A stretch of 64,000 nucleotides of DNA from Candidatus Krumholzibacteriia bacterium (GTDB lineage Bacteria; Krumholzibacteriota; Krumholzibacteriia; Krumholzibacteriales; Krumholzibacteriaceae): contig CAWIIQ010000001.1 in assembly GCA_963836185.1 (NCBI GenBank), positions 2,016,001 to 2,080,000 on the forward strand, read 5' to 3'. Each line of letters begins with the position of its first letter. The first letter of the stretch is position 1. A program made the translations under genes and the position numbers. The notes beneath the pieces were generated by a model. That model did not search any database, was not told the DNA's origin, and was given only the letters and a program-made list of their open reading frames with translations. This document shows, piece after piece, positions 62,805 through 64,000 of the stretch.

Positions 62805-63971
62805 TTACAGGGGAGATGCGCCGAGCTCTTCGAGCTTCCGGCATGCTTTGAGGATTGTATCGTCAGGAGCTGTGATTGACAACCTGAAATACCCCTCGCC
62901 GTGTTCTCCGAAGCCTGTCCCCGGAGTGGCGACGATCCCCGTCTCCTCGAGGAGTTTCCCGCAATATTCTATCGATGAACCGCCGCCGGGCACCTCGATC
63001 CAGAAATAGAATGTCGCCTCCGGCAAGGTGAAGGCAAATCCGCCCTTTTCGAGGCTCGCTGCAAGGGTATCGCGCCTCTTCCTGAATATGTCGATTATCC
63101 GGCCTGTGATCTCATCGAACCCGGTCTCGAGAGCGGAAGCCGCCGCTGCCTGGATAGCGCTGAAGACGCCGGAGTCCACGTTGGCCTTGAGACGGGCAAG
63201 TGCCGAGATTACGCGGGGCGAGCCTATGGCGAATCCGATCCTCCATCCCGTTATCGCGAATGTCTTGGAAAAAGAAAAGAGCTCTATGTACTCGATGCCC
63301 CTCTCTTTCGCCAGCGGAAAAAGCGCCGGCTGCCTCGAACTGTATGATATCTCGCTGTAGGCCGCGTCGTTGACCAGTAACAACTCGTTCTCTCCGCAGA
63401 ACTTGATGGCATCCTCGAACTGATCGTTTTCGGCTGTTGCCGCGGTGGGATTATTCGGATAGTTGAGAAATACCAGCCGTGCTCTCTCGAGGTCTGCCGG
63501 ATCGATCTCATCGAACCTCGGGAAAAAGCCGTTTTCCTTCAACAGTGGCATCTTGACGGTGTCCGCGCCCGCGAAGACGGCCGATGAATTGTACACGGGA
63601 TAACCCGGATCAGGTATCAGCACTACATCCCCGGGATCGACGGTCGCCAGCGGCAGGTGGCCTATTGCTTCCTTGCTGCCTATCGTCACGAGGATCTCGT
63701 CGGTATCGAGCGATACCCCGTAATGATCCCTCGACCAGGCCCTGACAGCCTCTATGAGAATTGGCAGCCCCCTGTCGGAGGGGTACCTGTGGTACTCGAG
63801 CTTATTGAGGGAACCTGTCAGGGTATCGATGAGCTCAGGCGGGGCCCCCAGGTCGGGATCGCCTATGCCGAGATCGAGGACCTCCCTGCCGGACCGCGCA
63901 TACTCTGCCTTTTTCCGGTCGATCTCGACGAAAAGATAGGGAGGTAGTCTTTTCAGCCTGTCGGACTGCAT
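62805..63971 (-). CDS. dapL: LL-diaminopimelate aminotransferase-like class I/II aminotransferase
   Basis: LPPYLF, LGIGDPD, NYPNNPT, DAAY, SFSKTF..GWRIG. Confidence 0.8.
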   Translation of the reverse strand: MQSDRLKRLPPYLFVEIDRKKAEYARSGREVLDLGIGDPDLGAPPELIDTLTGSLNKLEYHRYPSDRGLPILIEAVRAWSRDHYGVSLDTDEILVTIGSKEAIGHLPLATVDPGDVVLIPDPGYPVYNSSAVFAGADTVKMPLLKENGFFPRFDEIDPADLERARLVFLNYPNNPTAATAENDQFEDAIKFCGENELLLVNDAAYSEISYSSRQPALFPLAKERGIEYIELFSFSKTFAITGWRIGFAIGSPRVISALARLKANVDSGVFSAIQAAAASALETGFDEITGRIIDIFRKRRDTLAASLEKGGFAFTLPEATFYFWIEVPGGGSSIEYCGKLLEETGIVATPGTGFGEHGEGYFRLSITAPDDTILKACRKLEELGASPL

Positions 63972-64000
63972 CGTGCTTCGACCTGATCCTCTCCCGCCAC

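Overview
GC-rich bacterial chromosome segment, mostly minus-strand. It looks FCB-superphylum-like because it carries PorU/PorV; this is an inference. The left core (1-35.5 kb) holds a PHP gene, a TPR/FimV-like protein with a 45-bp tandem repeat, hutI, hutU, a DinG helicase and thiC. It continues with a 16-kb outer-membrane/type IX secretion-like operon (PorU, PorV, M6 protease, two paralogues, NHL protein, large OM protein, BamA/TamA-like), then accA, dnaE, an M23 peptidase and a SurA/PpiD-like PPIase. The right core (57-64 kb) holds tatA, HIT, a short GlmU-like gene, panC, panB, a deoxynucleoside kinase, folK, folB and dapL. Between them (about 35.5-57.1 kb) lies a chromosomal integron. Its integrase points in the same direction as the cassettes, with attI at the integrase 3' end. 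A roughly 97-bp attC family is intact near attI, decays with distance and is absent from the distal, operon-like part. Many single-base frameshifts, including one in dnaE, suggest uncorrected sequencing errors, so pseudogene calls are provisional.
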